From IMG/VR virus record IMGVR_UViG_3300035181_002074, positions 64,001-128,000 of that record: DNA of 64,000 nt, one strand, 5' to 3'. This DNA is from a virus. This document shows positions 30,091-42,800 of the stretch, piece after piece. A model generated the notes under the pieces. The model had not been told where the DNA came from. It did not search any database and saw only the letters and a list, made by a program, of their open reading frames with translations. Every line of letters starts with the position of its first letter. The stretch's first letter is position 1. The translations under genes and the position numbers were made by a program.

Positions 30091-31056
30091 TTGAAAAAGC
30101 AAGTACTTAATATAATAACTCAAATTTTAGCATATGACGGAGCCAATGGGGTTTCGGATCAACCTTTAATGAAAGCTTTCGACTGGACACGGAGAATGTC
30201 ATCTTTGCCATTGACCAATGCTCAATCCGATTCTTTCGTTTTGGCTGCAGGCGAAAGCAGAGCTTTGTTTAGCGGTGCAAAAGCTAATCCCCTTGATAAT
30301 ACCTCAGTTCTATCTATTACTCCATTAAGTCAAGGTAATTATAGACTTTCTGTGACTGCCGGTACTTCTGGATTCAGAACTCCAAGAACCGTAAACGTAA
30401 CGACTTGCCAAGTTACCGTTAATAATAATGCATTGGCGGTATTTGATTTTGGAGCTGGTACGGTTACTGGTGTGATCGCCGGTGATACTATGCGAATCAA
30501 TAGCCAGATCATGGGAGACACTGGCCCATTTACGTTTAACCCGTTAAATGCGGGACTATGGACGGTAGTTGGTACAAATGGCACCAAAATTTCATGCACT
30601 CGTCCAATTGGCTCTGGATTTCAAGGCTCTAATGAAACCATAAGCGCCGTTAATAATAATGTTCAAATTTACTCATCTTCCGGCATCACTAAAAGTGATA
30701 AAATGAAAATTACTGGTGGATTTAGTACTGTTTCACAAAAAACATTTGAAATCAAAGAAGTAACCCCAACAACAATAGATTTTATTTCAACTGCTGCCCT
30801 GCCATCCGAATCTTTGATATCTAACACTACAAATATGATTCAGTTTTTTTCAACCTCCAAACGTTATTTTTATTTAGAATGCGATCAGGAAACTGTGGTA
30901 TTATTAAATGGTACGGATAGCACTAAAGTTGTTCCAGTTCAGGCTGGAAATTCTTTATTGCCGGGTTTTTTACATCAAACAGGAGATATTTACTCGTGTT
31001 CTGTGACGAATCAGTCCATTAACACTTTGAATATTAGAATATTCACTGGGGAATAA
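30091..31056 (+). CDS. beta-rich putative virion structural protein
   Basis: Thr/Ser/Gly-rich; lies between TerL and portal. Confidence 0.6.
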   Translation: MKKQVLNIITQILAYDGANGVSDQPLMKAFDWTRRMSSLPLTNAQSDSFVLAAGESRALFSGAKANPLDNTSVLSITPLSQGNYRLSVTAGTSGFRTPRTVNVTTCQVTVNNNALAVFDFGAGTVTGVIAGDTMRINSQIMGDTGPFTFNPLNAGLWTVVGTNGTKISCTRPIGSGFQGSNETISAVNNNVQIYSSSGITKSDKMKITGGFSTVSQKTFEIKEVTPTTIDFISTAALPSESLISNTTNMIQFFSTSKRYFYLECDQETVVLLNGTDSTKVVPVQAGNSLLPGFLHQTGDIYSCSVTNQSINTLNIRIFTGE

Positions 31057-31254
31057 ATGAAAAAGCTGTCTAAATTACTGGATGAAACATTTACAACCTT
31101 GGATCAAACCTCTGATTTAGAGAATACCACGGTTTTAAATAAAATGCAAGCCGTAATTTTGGAAGCTAAAGGGTACGATGGAATTGCTTCATCAGAAACC
31201 TTTAAAGAGTTTAAAAGTTTATTCAAAGCCCTTCAGAAAAGGTCGGAGAGATAA
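31057..31254 (+). CDS. hypothetical protein
   Basis: Coupled small ORF. Confidence 0.6.
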   Translation: MKKLSKLLDETFTTLDQTSDLENTTVLNKMQAVILEAKGYDGIASSETFKEFKSLFKALQKRSER

Positions 31255-33296
31255 TGTCAGATAATAATAATACGCCTAGTTTGCCGAAATCAAGTGAGAG
31301 ACAGGTTTATACTGTTGATCATGAAGGCAAAGATTTGCAAAAAGTTGATACCACAGCCGTTGCTAAAGTTGAAGGTGAAGATTATCTTGGCCAAATTTTA
31401 AAATCCCTAAAAGATCAGCAAGTAGCACAGCGAGTTGCTTTCGAAGTTGATCCAAGTAATGTCCAAGGCGTTTCTTCTTACGGAGCCCTTTATGTACAAA
31501 AAACTAAACTTACGCCTGATTGGGTTATTAAAGCCTTAACCGGCCCTGGCGGAGATGAATTATTAAATCAAATTCTTCAAGCACGATCAAATGTAATCGC
31601 TTCTTTTGGTAGACCGAAATCAGATCGATTTTCAGTTGGTTTTGAGTTTTTACCAATTAACAAGTCCACTGAAATTGACAAGGATGCGGATAAAGCTGCA
31701 GCAGTAAAAGATCTCATCGAGAAAGCCAAAGAGATTTTCTGGAACTGTGGATATGCTGGATTAAAAGAAGACCAAACTACCAATCTTTCTCAGTTTTTAA
31801 AGATGATTGTTCGCGATGGTTTACGTTTTGGACGTTGCGCTATCGAAGTGATTCATGCTGTTGACCCAACCTCGGAAAGTGGCGAAAAAGTACATTCTTT
31901 CCGTCCAGTAGACTCTGGAACTATTTATAGAATTAAACCTAAGTCTGAAACAGACCAGTCTGTCCGTAATTCGGCAATCAAACTGTTACAAGAATTAAAA
32001 AACGAAAAAATTGATGTTACAAAATACAAAAAAGATGAATATAAATGGGTTCAAGTGGTTGATGGTAAACCAATCCAAGCATTTTCTGATAAAGAATTAA
32101 TTGTTTATAATTTTTATCCAACCACTAACGTGGAATACAGCGGATACCCATTAACTCCGATTGATCAAGCTATTAGCGCGATCATGACTCATATTAATAT
32201 CACTTTGCACAATAAACTCTATTTCCAGCATGGCCGCGCTACTCGTGGTATGCTAGTTTTCAATTCTGAATCAATGGATGAAATGTCAGCGCAAAAAATC
32301 CGTTTACAGTTCAATCAAACTATTAATACGGTACACAATAGCTGGCGTATGCCGGTTTTCGTAGTAGGTGAAACTGAGAAAGTTACTTGGCAGCCGATCG
32401 ATCAAGGCGGCAGAGATATGGAATTCCAATATCTCATGGATAATAATAGCCGTATCATTATGGGTGCATTTCAAATGTCTCCAGATGAATTGCCGGGCTA
32501 TAATCACCTATCTCGTGGTACCAATACTCAAGCATTAAGCGAAAGTTCGAATGAATGGAAAATGACTGCATCTCGCGATACAGGATTACGTCCATTAATT
32601 TACGATATTCAAGATCTATTTAATACCCATTTATTTCCAAGATTCTTACCAAATCTTTCTGAATCTCATCAGATGATCTTTTCTGGCTTAGATAAAGAAG
32701 ATCCAGAAAAAGAATCTACTCGTTTACAGCAAGATATGAATGTTCATTTAACATACAATGACATCCTTAAAAAAGTTGAAAAAGATATTTTGCCTGCGGC
32801 TTTTGGTGCAGATTTTCCTCTTAATCCACAATTCCAGCAAGTTGTTGAAAAGTACATGACTTTTGGTGAAATCCAAGAAAACTTTTTTGGTAAAAAAGGT
32901 GCAGCCCAAGATCCTAGAAATCAATGGTATGCTAATCCAATGTGGATGCAACAGCAACAAATGCTTGTCCAAAATGCACAGATTGCTATGCAAAATCAAA
33001 TGCAAGCCCAACAAATGGTTGCCCAAGCCATGAATCCACAGCCACAACAAGATCCTAATGCCCCTCAACAAGAAGGTGACGGTGGGGAACCTACGCAGAA
33101 ATCTGAAAAAGATTTTTATGGTGAAATATTCCAAAAGAATATGCAAAATATTCAAACTAATCATAACACGATCAGTAATATGATTCTAGCTAGACATTCT
33201 GCTATTACTAAAAAGCATTCAGATGATTTCCAAAAGCAATCTAAAAAAGCTGCTGAAAAATTAACAGCCGGACTGATTAAAAAGAAGAAAAAATAA
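31254..33296 (+). CDS. portal protein
   Basis: FRPVDSGTI, GYPLTPI, YFQHG...RGML, DMEFQ, FQMSPDEL, GLRPL. Confidence 0.9.
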   Translation: MSDNNNTPSLPKSSERQVYTVDHEGKDLQKVDTTAVAKVEGEDYLGQILKSLKDQQVAQRVAFEVDPSNVQGVSSYGALYVQKTKLTPDWVIKALTGPGGDELLNQILQARSNVIASFGRPKSDRFSVGFEFLPINKSTEIDKDADKAAAVKDLIEKAKEIFWNCGYAGLKEDQTTNLSQFLKMIVRDGLRFGRCAIEVIHAVDPTSESGEKVHSFRPVDSGTIYRIKPKSETDQSVRNSAIKLLQELKNEKIDVTKYKKDEYKWVQVVDGKPIQAFSDKELIVYNFYPTTNVEYSGYPLTPIDQAISAIMTHINITLHNKLYFQHGRATRGMLVFNSESMDEMSAQKIRLQFNQTINTVHNSWRMPVFVVGETEKVTWQPIDQGGRDMEFQYLMDNNSRIIMGAFQMSPDELPGYNHLSRGTNTQALSESSNEWKMTASRDTGLRPLIYDIQDLFNTHLFPRFLPNLSESHQMIFSGLDKEDPEKESTRLQQDMNVHLTYNDILKKVEKDILPAAFGADFPLNPQFQQVVEKYMTFGEIQENFFGKKGAAQDPRNQWYANPMWMQQQQMLVQNAQIAMQNQMQAQQMVAQAMNPQPQQDPNAPQQEGDGGEPTQKSEKDFYGEIFQKNMQNIQTNHNTISNMILARHSAITKKHSDDFQKQSKKAAEKLTAGLIKKKKK

Positions 33297-33314
33297 TCTT
33301 ATTCGGAGAATTCA

Positions 33315-34163
33315 ATGAATCTATCTACCGATCAAGAAGAACTAATCAAAATAACCTTACAGGCTTTGTTTGAAACTATCAAAGCCAAGTTTCTTGGTAA
33401 TTTTTACAAAGGACCATCGATTTATTTTGAATTAGCTACTAAGCAAAATCCACTAGATACCGTTGGTGGTATTTTTGAGTACGCATTGAGAGCAACCACG
33501 AAAAATCCCGTTATCGATCATGACCTCATTAGTAAGCTTGCGAATACATCAGAAAATTATATCGAAGCCGAAAAACAACGCACAATGGAACGGATTTTAA
33601 CCGGCGCCGAAACAGTTACAAATCCCGACGACCTGAAAGATCTTATTCAAACGTCTATTGATAAATCGAGCAAATATATTGACTTATTAATGGCAACGGA
33701 AACTCGCAATGTACAAGCGTGGGGTGAAATGTCTGGAATTCAGCAGGTTGGTGCATCTTTGGGCGTAGATGATCCAACTATCGCTCGCTTAGGTGTATGG
33801 GATGATAAGATTTGCGATGCTTGCCTGAAATTATGGCACCAACCGGATAATCAAAAAATACCACGTGTATGGAAAATGTCAGAGCTTCAAAGTGGGTATA
33901 ATACCGATCAAAAGAATCCCGTGCCAACCGTATCAAGTACGCACCCCCGGTGCAGACATATCCTGACAATTGTTCCACCCAGTTTTGGGTATGACGAAAA
34001 CGGGCGAATTAAGTTTATTCGGTTCGGTTATGATATCTATGATGATCAAAAGGGTATTCATAAAAATGAACGATCTTTCCGTACAGGTGGTACGACTGAC
34101 GATGTGGAAGAATTTATTAATCTGCATCTAGCAGAAAGCTGTTGTAATCATTCAGGAACTTGA
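33315..34163 (+). CDS. head morphogenesis protein (SPP1 gp7/Mu F-like)
   Basis: CDAC...HPRCRH; follows portal. Confidence 0.75.
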   Translation: MNLSTDQEELIKITLQALFETIKAKFLGNFYKGPSIYFELATKQNPLDTVGGIFEYALRATTKNPVIDHDLISKLANTSENYIEAEKQRTMERILTGAETVTNPDDLKDLIQTSIDKSSKYIDLLMATETRNVQAWGEMSGIQQVGASLGVDDPTIARLGVWDDKICDACLKLWHQPDNQKIPRVWKMSELQSGYNTDQKNPVPTVSSTHPRCRHILTIVPPSFGYDENGRIKFIRFGYDIYDDQKGIHKNERSFRTGGTTDDVEEFINLHLAESCCNHSGT

Positions 34164-34219
34164 TTAAGCCTTAAGCCTAATATTTTAGGTAGTCACTGCA
34201 GGGTAAGGATTAATTTACA

Positions 34220-36199
34220 ATGAAAATATACGGAATAGGCGCCAGTCAAGCCATTGATTCTTCAGGGGAAATCTTAATGATCGACGGTGTCGATCTATCC
34301 GATGTTCATGCTGGAAAAGCCTTCTTCAATTGGGAGCACAGTAACGATGGCGCCGATACCTGCGTCGGAAGCCTGACTTTTGCCAAAAAAATCTATTCTG
34401 AAAAAGACTGTGAAAATCCAAAACAATTAGAATGCTGGAATGAAACCCTTTTACCAATGATTTACATTGAAGGGGTTCTCTTTGATAAAGAAGGACATGT
34501 TGGGGCAATTTGCTTGGCCGCTATGTTTCGTTCATTTGTAGCCAGAAATCAAAAAATTGAAATCGGTTCTTCCATTGAAGGTTCTACCATGGAACGTGGA
34601 AAAGGCGAAGAGCACCATGTTCTTAAAAGAACTGTAGCCCGCCGTTGGGCAATTACCCTCAGACCGTGTAACAAGCAATGTTTCCTTAAGGTATTGGCAG
34701 ACGATACTGCTGATGTAATGAAATCGGAAATCGACTGGGATTCTATCAGTCATGATCGTGCCCCAAAACATGGATTCATCGAAATCGACGACCCAATCGA
34801 AGATATTTACCACACTATTAATGAATTAAATAAAACCCTAACAGCTGGATCGTCTAATGTTGCACCAAGTCAAATGGTTGGCGGATCTGCACTTACCCGT
34901 GAAAATCTAGTACCTAAAATGCAAAACGTTGGGATGCAAACTAGACTGAAAGCATCATTCAAGCGTTGGAATAAAAAGAAACCACTTAAGGAGCACCTTA
35001 AATCTGAGCTTGAAGATGTATCAGAGGAGTATATAGATAACTTCGCTAAACTCGCTGATGAACTCCATATTAAGAAATCTGAAGAATCAATGCATACTTG
35101 GCAACAAGTTTGGAATAATATGAAAGATTTCCATACTGGTTCAGTTAATGAAAAAGATGCACCCCATATGCACAAAGATGCGCAAAAATATGAGCATTAT
35201 AAACTTAGAAAAATCCCACTATCAAGTTTACATCATGGATCTGATACGCCCGATAAACCATTAGATCGCGAAGATGAAGCGCATGCACATCATTACGCTA
35301 AATTAGATACCCAAGCGCCACCAATCACTCTGCACCCAAAAGAAACTGGTTACCATATCGTAGATGGTCGTCATCGTGCTAGAGCTGCATACCTGAGAGG
35401 CGACAAAGATATTCTAGCTTACGTTGGTACTCCTATTCAAGCATTCACTAAATCTGAATCCCCTATTCGTATAGACCAGTCAATTGGTAATGATCGCGCA
35501 AATGCAGACCAGAAAGCTTTAATTGCAGGTATAGTTGTGCCAGCCAATGGCGGACAAAATATTCAAGTCATGAATGATTACGGCCAATCATCCCATATCA
35601 AGCCTTCTGCCCTGACCGAATCAGGTGGAGAAACCGCTAAAAATGCTTCTGCATATTATGCTGCAGCAAAAGATTTTTTCGACTTGGGCGAGCATGTTCC
35701 AGTATCAGCCTATTTTGCACACCAGACGGCACCACAAGAAGGGGCACCATTATTTCTAGCCACCGAGCATGTATCTGGTAAGCCATCGCTCATGGGTTCA
35801 TTGTTTGAGGATTCTATCGGTAAAGATAAAAATCTTATGCATAAAATTGCATTAATGGATACTATTTTGGGAAATTCACACAGAAACCATGGTAATATTA
35901 TATTGGGAGATACACCAAAGCTGATTGACAACGAACACGCTTTCGAATATAAACAAAAACCAGCGTTTCACATCAATCAATCCGGTGCCGACATTATTTC
36001 CGAAGATGTTCGTAATTGGTTAACTAGTAAGGATGCCAAGAAATTGGCTGGCTTGCTTGCATCACATAGAATCGGTATAGACCGTATTAAGAAAGCTATT
36101 TTTGCATTGAAGACTGCACAAAAAATGAATCATCATCCGATAGGTACCATTTTAGAGAACGTCCACTTTGTGGAACCTTCTCCAGAGGTAGCACAGTAA
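34220..36199 (+). CDS. prohead protease fused to ParB/Srx-like and PI3/4-kinase-like domains
   Basis: GIGAS..IDSSGE, NWEH, GSSIEG, AITLRPCN (protease); IVDGRHRARA (ParB); DTILGNSHRNHGN..IDNEHAF (kinase-like). Confidence 0.82.
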   Translation: MKIYGIGASQAIDSSGEILMIDGVDLSDVHAGKAFFNWEHSNDGADTCVGSLTFAKKIYSEKDCENPKQLECWNETLLPMIYIEGVLFDKEGHVGAICLAAMFRSFVARNQKIEIGSSIEGSTMERGKGEEHHVLKRTVARRWAITLRPCNKQCFLKVLADDTADVMKSEIDWDSISHDRAPKHGFIEIDDPIEDIYHTINELNKTLTAGSSNVAPSQMVGGSALTRENLVPKMQNVGMQTRLKASFKRWNKKKPLKEHLKSELEDVSEEYIDNFAKLADELHIKKSEESMHTWQQVWNNMKDFHTGSVNEKDAPHMHKDAQKYEHYKLRKIPLSSLHHGSDTPDKPLDREDEAHAHHYAKLDTQAPPITLHPKETGYHIVDGRHRARAAYLRGDKDILAYVGTPIQAFTKSESPIRIDQSIGNDRANADQKALIAGIVVPANGGQNIQVMNDYGQSSHIKPSALTESGGETAKNASAYYAAAKDFFDLGEHVPVSAYFAHQTAPQEGAPLFLATEHVSGKPSLMGSLFEDSIGKDKNLMHKIALMDTILGNSHRNHGNIILGDTPKLIDNEHAFEYKQKPAFHINQSGADIISEDVRNWLTSKDAKKLAGLLASHRIGIDRIKKAIFALKTAQKMNHHPIGTILENVHFVEPSPEVAQ

Positions 36200-36816
36200 T
36201 GAAAGTTTTAAGAGTTACTTCTGATTATGTTGACGTACCACTATTAGAAGTACGTACTGATGGTAATAAAATTGAAATTATCGTTGATAATAGTAATGGC
36301 AAGATCAGCAAGGAATTGGATGACACCCTAGCTTCTTTACATGATTATGTTAAACATTCATCCCATTTAAAACTAACTGAACCAGATGAGCCAGCCGCAC
36401 ATTTACTTCGTTACGTTTTAGAGAATGGTGATGTTGCAGAAGTTACGACCGATGGTGCTACGTGTGTATTGAATAATAAACTTTTATCACGCCAAGAAAA
36501 AGCAGCCTTTTTTGATGCTTTATCATCTGGTCAAATTAAAGTTGCTCGCAAGGCTGATATTCAAACTCCAATTCCCGTGCCTGCTGGAACGAAAAGACAA
36601 CCGCAACCAAATGAGCCTAAAAAGGTTAAATTGGATATGCATATATTAGAGCAATACAATGATCAGCAGCGTGAAAAAAAGAAGAAGCAAGAAGATCAAG
36701 CTCTAAGAGGTGAGGCTGATTTTGGTGATGCGACGTTTGAAATACCGTCTACTGATATACCATTTGCTCAAAGTATTGCTCAAGTCATAGCGAAGGACAA
36801 GTATGCCAACAAATAA
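36199..36816 (+). CDS. hypothetical late protein
   Basis: TAATG-coupled to the protease gene. Confidence 0.7.
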   Translation: MKVLRVTSDYVDVPLLEVRTDGNKIEIIVDNSNGKISKELDDTLASLHDYVKHSSHLKLTEPDEPAAHLLRYVLENGDVAEVTTDGATCVLNNKLLSRQEKAAFFDALSSGQIKVARKADIQTPIPVPAGTKRQPQPNEPKKVKLDMHILEQYNDQQREKKKKQEDQALRGEADFGDATFEIPSTDIPFAQSIAQVIAKDKYANK

Positions 36817-39800
36817 TGATAACGTGCCTGATATTGACATACGTCAAGCTACTCCGCCAGCGATGGAACAGCCCCAAGCGATCAATGAAGAATTATCTCC
36901 AGAAACTGATGCGGAACCTACTTGGCAGCCGCATGGAGATCATTGGCGTAACTTATCAGACCAAGATGCTACTCCAGAATATTTAGATAGCGTAGCTCAA
37001 CAGCATATTGCTAACCCTGATTTTATTGATAAGTACGACTCCGAAAAGCTAGCCGAACATCCAAATATCACGCCGGAGACCTTAAATAACTTATATAATC
37101 ATTATTCACAAGATCCTGATAAACATAAATATTTAGAGCAGCTGGCTGCTATTCATGGTAATCCAAATGCCCCAGCCGCTATACATAACACGACTTTAGA
37201 TAACTGGCTAGCGCAACCTAATTCTGATACCGCATCTAATGCTTCTAATCCGATATTAAACGCTGCATTAAACCATCCCAACGTCCCGCAAGAAAAAGTT
37301 CATCAAGTACTGGATCGAGTAATTAGTGACCCTAAGAATAATAACCATCTTGATGCATCAAGAGCTGATCCAGCTTGGTTGCAAAATAAATATAACGAAG
37401 CTAAACAAGCACATGATGATAATTTTCATGAGCTTTCCGTTTCCGGTCGATTACGCGACTCTCAGAAAAAGATTAGCCATTATGGCAATGAATTGATCGA
37501 TCACCCAAATCATACGCCAGAATCATTAAGCGCACTCCATAATCAGATCACTACTCAAGGCAATGGCAGCGCTGCTGAACGATTACTGGAAAAACAGCCA
37601 AACTTATCGCATAATCAAGTCGAAGATCTATATAATAAATTTAAACCAGAAGAAGGCAGCTGGTCTAATATTACCTCTAGAGCTTTTGGTCATAATAATA
37701 TTGACCCAGCTTTTTTGGCGCACAAGGCGCTGACCGGTAACGATCAAGAAAAGGAAGAGGCTCTTCAGTCTGAAAAACTTCCGCATGAAACGCAAAAGAA
37801 GATTACGGAAGATGCCATTGCTAGTGGTGATAGCAACACTCTAGCACAGCTATTAGAAAATAAATCCTTACCTTCCGAGTTAGTACATCAAATCTATAAT
37901 AATAGTGCTAATGAAGGTGACTATGCTCGCCGTAAGGCTTTTAATCATGGTAACTTTCCAGAGCATGAAGTGGAAAATGCGTGGAATTCATCAGATAAAA
38001 GTCGTGAAACTACAAAACAGTTTTTGCAACGCGATGTGTTGCCAAAATCCGTTTTAGCTGATATCATTACTAAAGGTAAGCCCGTTGATGCAGCTAAAGC
38101 GGTTGGCCATAAAAGTACCGATAAAGATATTTTAGATATTGCCGCCAAACGTAAATCTAAAGATGTTAAAGCTGCTATTGCTAGGCATCCTTTAGCTGCC
38201 GAATCCAATGTTCAGGATTATATTAAATCTGGCCATGTTCCTGCTGATCAATATTGGGCAAAATTTGACAGCAAATTACCACCCGAAGATCAAGCAAAAA
38301 TGCATCAGCATTACTTTGATAAATTAATGACCGCTGCACCAAATAAAAAAACGGACGGGCTTGCCGGAAAATCCGCTATCAATTTGTACAATTCGCCTCA
38401 TCTCACTGCTGAGCAAAAAAATAAAATTACGGAAAAAGCATTGCACGAGAGCGATTCATATAATTATGGTTATGATGATCGCAGAGCATTTCTGAAAGTT
38501 ATAGGTCAGGCAGCCAATGATGGCAATGAAGAGGCCATTAAAAAAACATTTTCCGGTCGTGGTAGTATTGAGGCGTTACAATTAGAAAAAGCGCATAACC
38601 CAAAAGTGATCAGCACTGCACTAGATATAGCCATGGGTAGGGCAGAGGATGACCGATATAGTGATAATGACAGATCTGGAATCGCTTCTAAAATAATTGC
38701 AAATCCAAACTTAAGTGACGATCACGTGCATTCGTTACTATCTAACGAAGACTTAGATCTGACTGTCGCAGTGGCGGATGGCGCAATTTCCAAGCATTTA
38801 GAAACGAAGACTCCAGAGCAGCAACAACAGTTCTTGAATAATTTAGCTCAATCAGGAGATCATGGTAAAGCATTAGTGATTGCTAATCCATCCACACCGA
38901 TTGAGATGAAAAATCAGCATATTAATTCTCTCGATAGCGATCATATTGCTGCTTTAGCGTATACCATGGGTACTAGATTTGGCGAAATGGCCAAAGGTTT
39001 ACCAGAAGATACTAAATTAAAGCTGTATTCCATGCCAACCAGTAGTCGGACACCGATGTTTGATCGGATGAAAGAGGCTTTTTCACCGGAACAAACTCCG
39101 TTAAGCACTTTACTTTCCAGCGTACCGTCAACTGATATGCGTCACATACTTAAGTATAGTATTTCCGATAAATATAAATTCACGGCAGATGCAGTTCCAG
39201 TAGTATTACAAAAAAGTCCAGAAGCTTTTGATACATATTTCGATAGAATGGTATCCCAGCATCCACATTATAGTGTCCGTCGAGATCATCCAGCTCATAA
39301 TCATATGAAAGATACCATTAATTCTATACTACCCCACTTAAATGAGGATAATGGTGTTCATGCCATCATTGGTATGATGACGTCTGAAGCTACTAGACAT
39401 AGTTCAGAAAGCGCCAAAGGTGCCTTTAACTTTTTACTAGATCCAGCCCAAAGCCCATTTTTAGACCCAGCAGCTAGGGAAGAATTAATCCCAATGGCTT
39501 TGAAGCGTGATCTTTTCGATGACGAGACCAAGAAACAAATTTTTAGTGATCCAGCTTATCAAGCCACGTTAATTGCTAATGCTAGTACGCCACCAGCAGT
39601 GAAAGCTAATTTAATTCAAAGTAATCTAGCATCTGGGCAAGCTTCCGATGCAATCTGGAATGCTATTAAAACTGAACCGAGAGTATTTGGAAGTCTTGAT
39701 CGTGATAGCGATGAGCAGATGTTTAAAAGTATCATTAATGAGGGTGCTCGTCGTGCAGATCATGATACGGTTGCCAATACTTTTAAAGAGTTTTTAGATT

Positions 39801-42800
39801 CCAAATCTGCTAGTTCAATGGCTATTACATCAGCAATGCAAAACATCCAACGCAATCCAGCCATGGGTGAGCAAGAAAAGAATAAGTTAATTTTAGATTC
39901 CTATAATCAAATGTCGAAAAGCAGAACAAACGCTACTTTTTTCAGGGATCGCGTAGCTCCGGCATTAGACGAAACAGTTGCGAATGCTATGATGGCAACA
40001 AATGACATGAGGTCATTGTTTAATATCGCAGCCGATAAAAATTCATCCGATATTTTCAAGGATACCATCAACAAGATCGCTGTTAATGCTGACTCTTTGA
40101 ATGACGATCAGCTTGGAAGCATGCTTGATCAGATGCAGGATAATGCATCGCACTTAGCTAACTTAACTCCGAAAAATTTCATTAATGTTGTCAATGCTTC
40201 ACTGCGTAAAGATGATGTGACGGCAATCGCGGGTACTAATGCGTTATCATCTGGAATTAAATACTCCAAAGGGCGTAATTTACAGACGTTAAGTAAAGCT
40301 GGACTCCAACGATTAGATGTGTTGTCGCAACAATTAGTTGTGCCACCAGCTGCCGACGATATAAACGGCCAAGAAATTTACAAGAATAAACAAACAGTTC
40401 ACTCTGGACTTGCTCAGACGATCATGCAAACATCGACCGATCTTGATACGCAAGTGAAGGCTGGATTACAGATTCCTGATGATTACGAAGGTCGTGTAAT
40501 TAGACTTAATAGTGATTTCTTGAATTCTGGTGATTTTTTAACCAAATTTTCTGGTAAAAAATGGGCTGGATTAGCAGCTGCCTCTTATTTTAATCAATTT
40601 GATCGGACGAATCAATCTGCTGCGGCAGATTTTCTCGTCAAAAACTATTTGCCGTTTAAAGAAGACTCTGGCGAACACGTCGGAATGATTTTATCATCAT
40701 TTAGTGGAAGCGCACAGAATATAGACCCAGAATTCGTACATAAATTATTTGATTCCCAGAATTTTGATCAGCAACTTAATGCAATGAATAGAATGATCAA
40801 TCATGGTCAAAAATACGGCTTTCAAAACCTGCCGATAGAGCATATCATCGATAAGTTTCATTCTAATGTAGAACAATTAGTGAATGGGATAGATGCAACT
40901 ACTGGAGCTAAATACGATGCGACCCATCCAGAATACCATAATAAGATAGCATCAGCAATCAAGGCGTTAATACCTGCTAGCGTGTACGGCGGATATAATA
41001 ATGAGCAATCCGCAGAAAAAAGACAAGAAGCAATTGCTAAGTCATCAGCCCTTGCTAATAAAGTCCTGAGTAATCCAAACACTCCGATAGATGTAAAACA
41101 GTCAATAGCAAATTCGGCGCATGCTATCTTTGACATGCATGACGGTATATCAAAAATACCGGAAGAATCATTGAACGACCTGATTGCAAATATTGTTGAT
41201 CATACGACTGTAACAACAAACTTGTCGGATATGATTCGGACTCCAAAAGTAAGCGCATCTAATACTGAAAAAATCCTAACGAAATCTCCAGAACAAGCAC
41301 GTTTCATGACAGATAACCCGCAAATGACGCCGGAAAGAATGTCATTAATTGGTAAACACGTGTTACCTAATTTATCTGAATTTGGACATCACCATATATC
41401 TGAAATGTCGAATGAAATTCTCACACATGCGCAAACTGCGGGTACAATTGATCTTGCTATACCTTTAGTGGGTGACATGATTTCCCAGTCAGGTGCTGGC
41501 GGGAATAATTTAAAATACGTGATCAAGGATCTATCCCCTCTGAGTGATGATCATACCCAAACTCTGATTCGTAAGTACGGATTTGATGCCGAGCAAATGT
41601 TGATGGCTGGTCACGGTGGTCAAAAAACCTATGATGATTATGTAATTTCAGGTTCCACTCCAAGTAATGTACATGCATTTATTCAACATCCATTGTTTGA
41701 TGATCGTGGCGTTGATCTGGTGATGAATAACGGCAGGAATGTAACTGATAATATCGCTCGGATCGTAAAAGCAGGAACCAAGGTATCAGAAGCGAAGTTT
41801 AATCAATTAACTAAAGAGCATTCAGATGTGTTCGAAAAGAATCCTAACCTATTAACTTCGTCACCGTATGTAACGTATGAGAAATTAAATGAGCTGCATA
41901 AGAAAATTGCACCAACTTTTGATAAATTTATCCGACCGGGTGAGGCGTTCCCACCAACTTATACTAATATTAAATACGGTTCAAAAGTATTCCGTGAAAA
42001 TTATCCACAAGAATTGCCACGCGGAATGACTACCTTATCTAATGGTGATATTTTAAAGTCACATTCAGCAAGGCCAGAAGCCGACAGGCTCCAGAAAGCA
42101 ATGCAAGTTATTCCACCGGAAGGAATAGCTTGGGCTCAATTTAAAAAACTACATAAACAAATGGAAAACTGGCCAGAGGTTAAGGCATTATTTATGTCTA
42201 AGAATAATAAGCCGGTTATGCCGGAAGATGTAGCAAATGAAATCGCCAAAAAACCGGAACAGCAATTTCATATCAGCTATTCCACATGGGATGGTGGCCA
42301 AAGACATTCGCAGGCTAATAACTTAGTTGTTCAAGTAAATACAGGAGAATTTTTCGATAAAGAGCTAGGTCAAGACCAAAAGTTATGGCAATTCTATCAA
42401 ATGATTCAACAATCTGCTAATGGTGCTGCCGGTGGACATGCAGGCAGTCATCCAGTAACTCCTCATACGATTGGATGGGTTCGCATTGATGTTTCAAGTC
42501 CAGAAAGTTTTATCGTAGAGGAATTCCAATCTGATTTCAATCAAAAATTGAAAAAGAAGGTTCGTGATTCATTAGGAAGCCGAGATTCTTTCGAATATGG
42601 CGGAGAAAGGTATACCGCAAAAGAAGCTGAGCAGTACGTGGATAAGATATCAGAATTGTTTAAGCATTTTAATCCCATCTCTTATGATATCGTAGAGAAA
42701 CTGGCAAGACAGCAAGGCATCAAACAGATTTATATACATGGACAAGGTGTTCGCCGTTATTTATCTGGAGTAAACGAAGATCAACATATCGCAGCATTCG

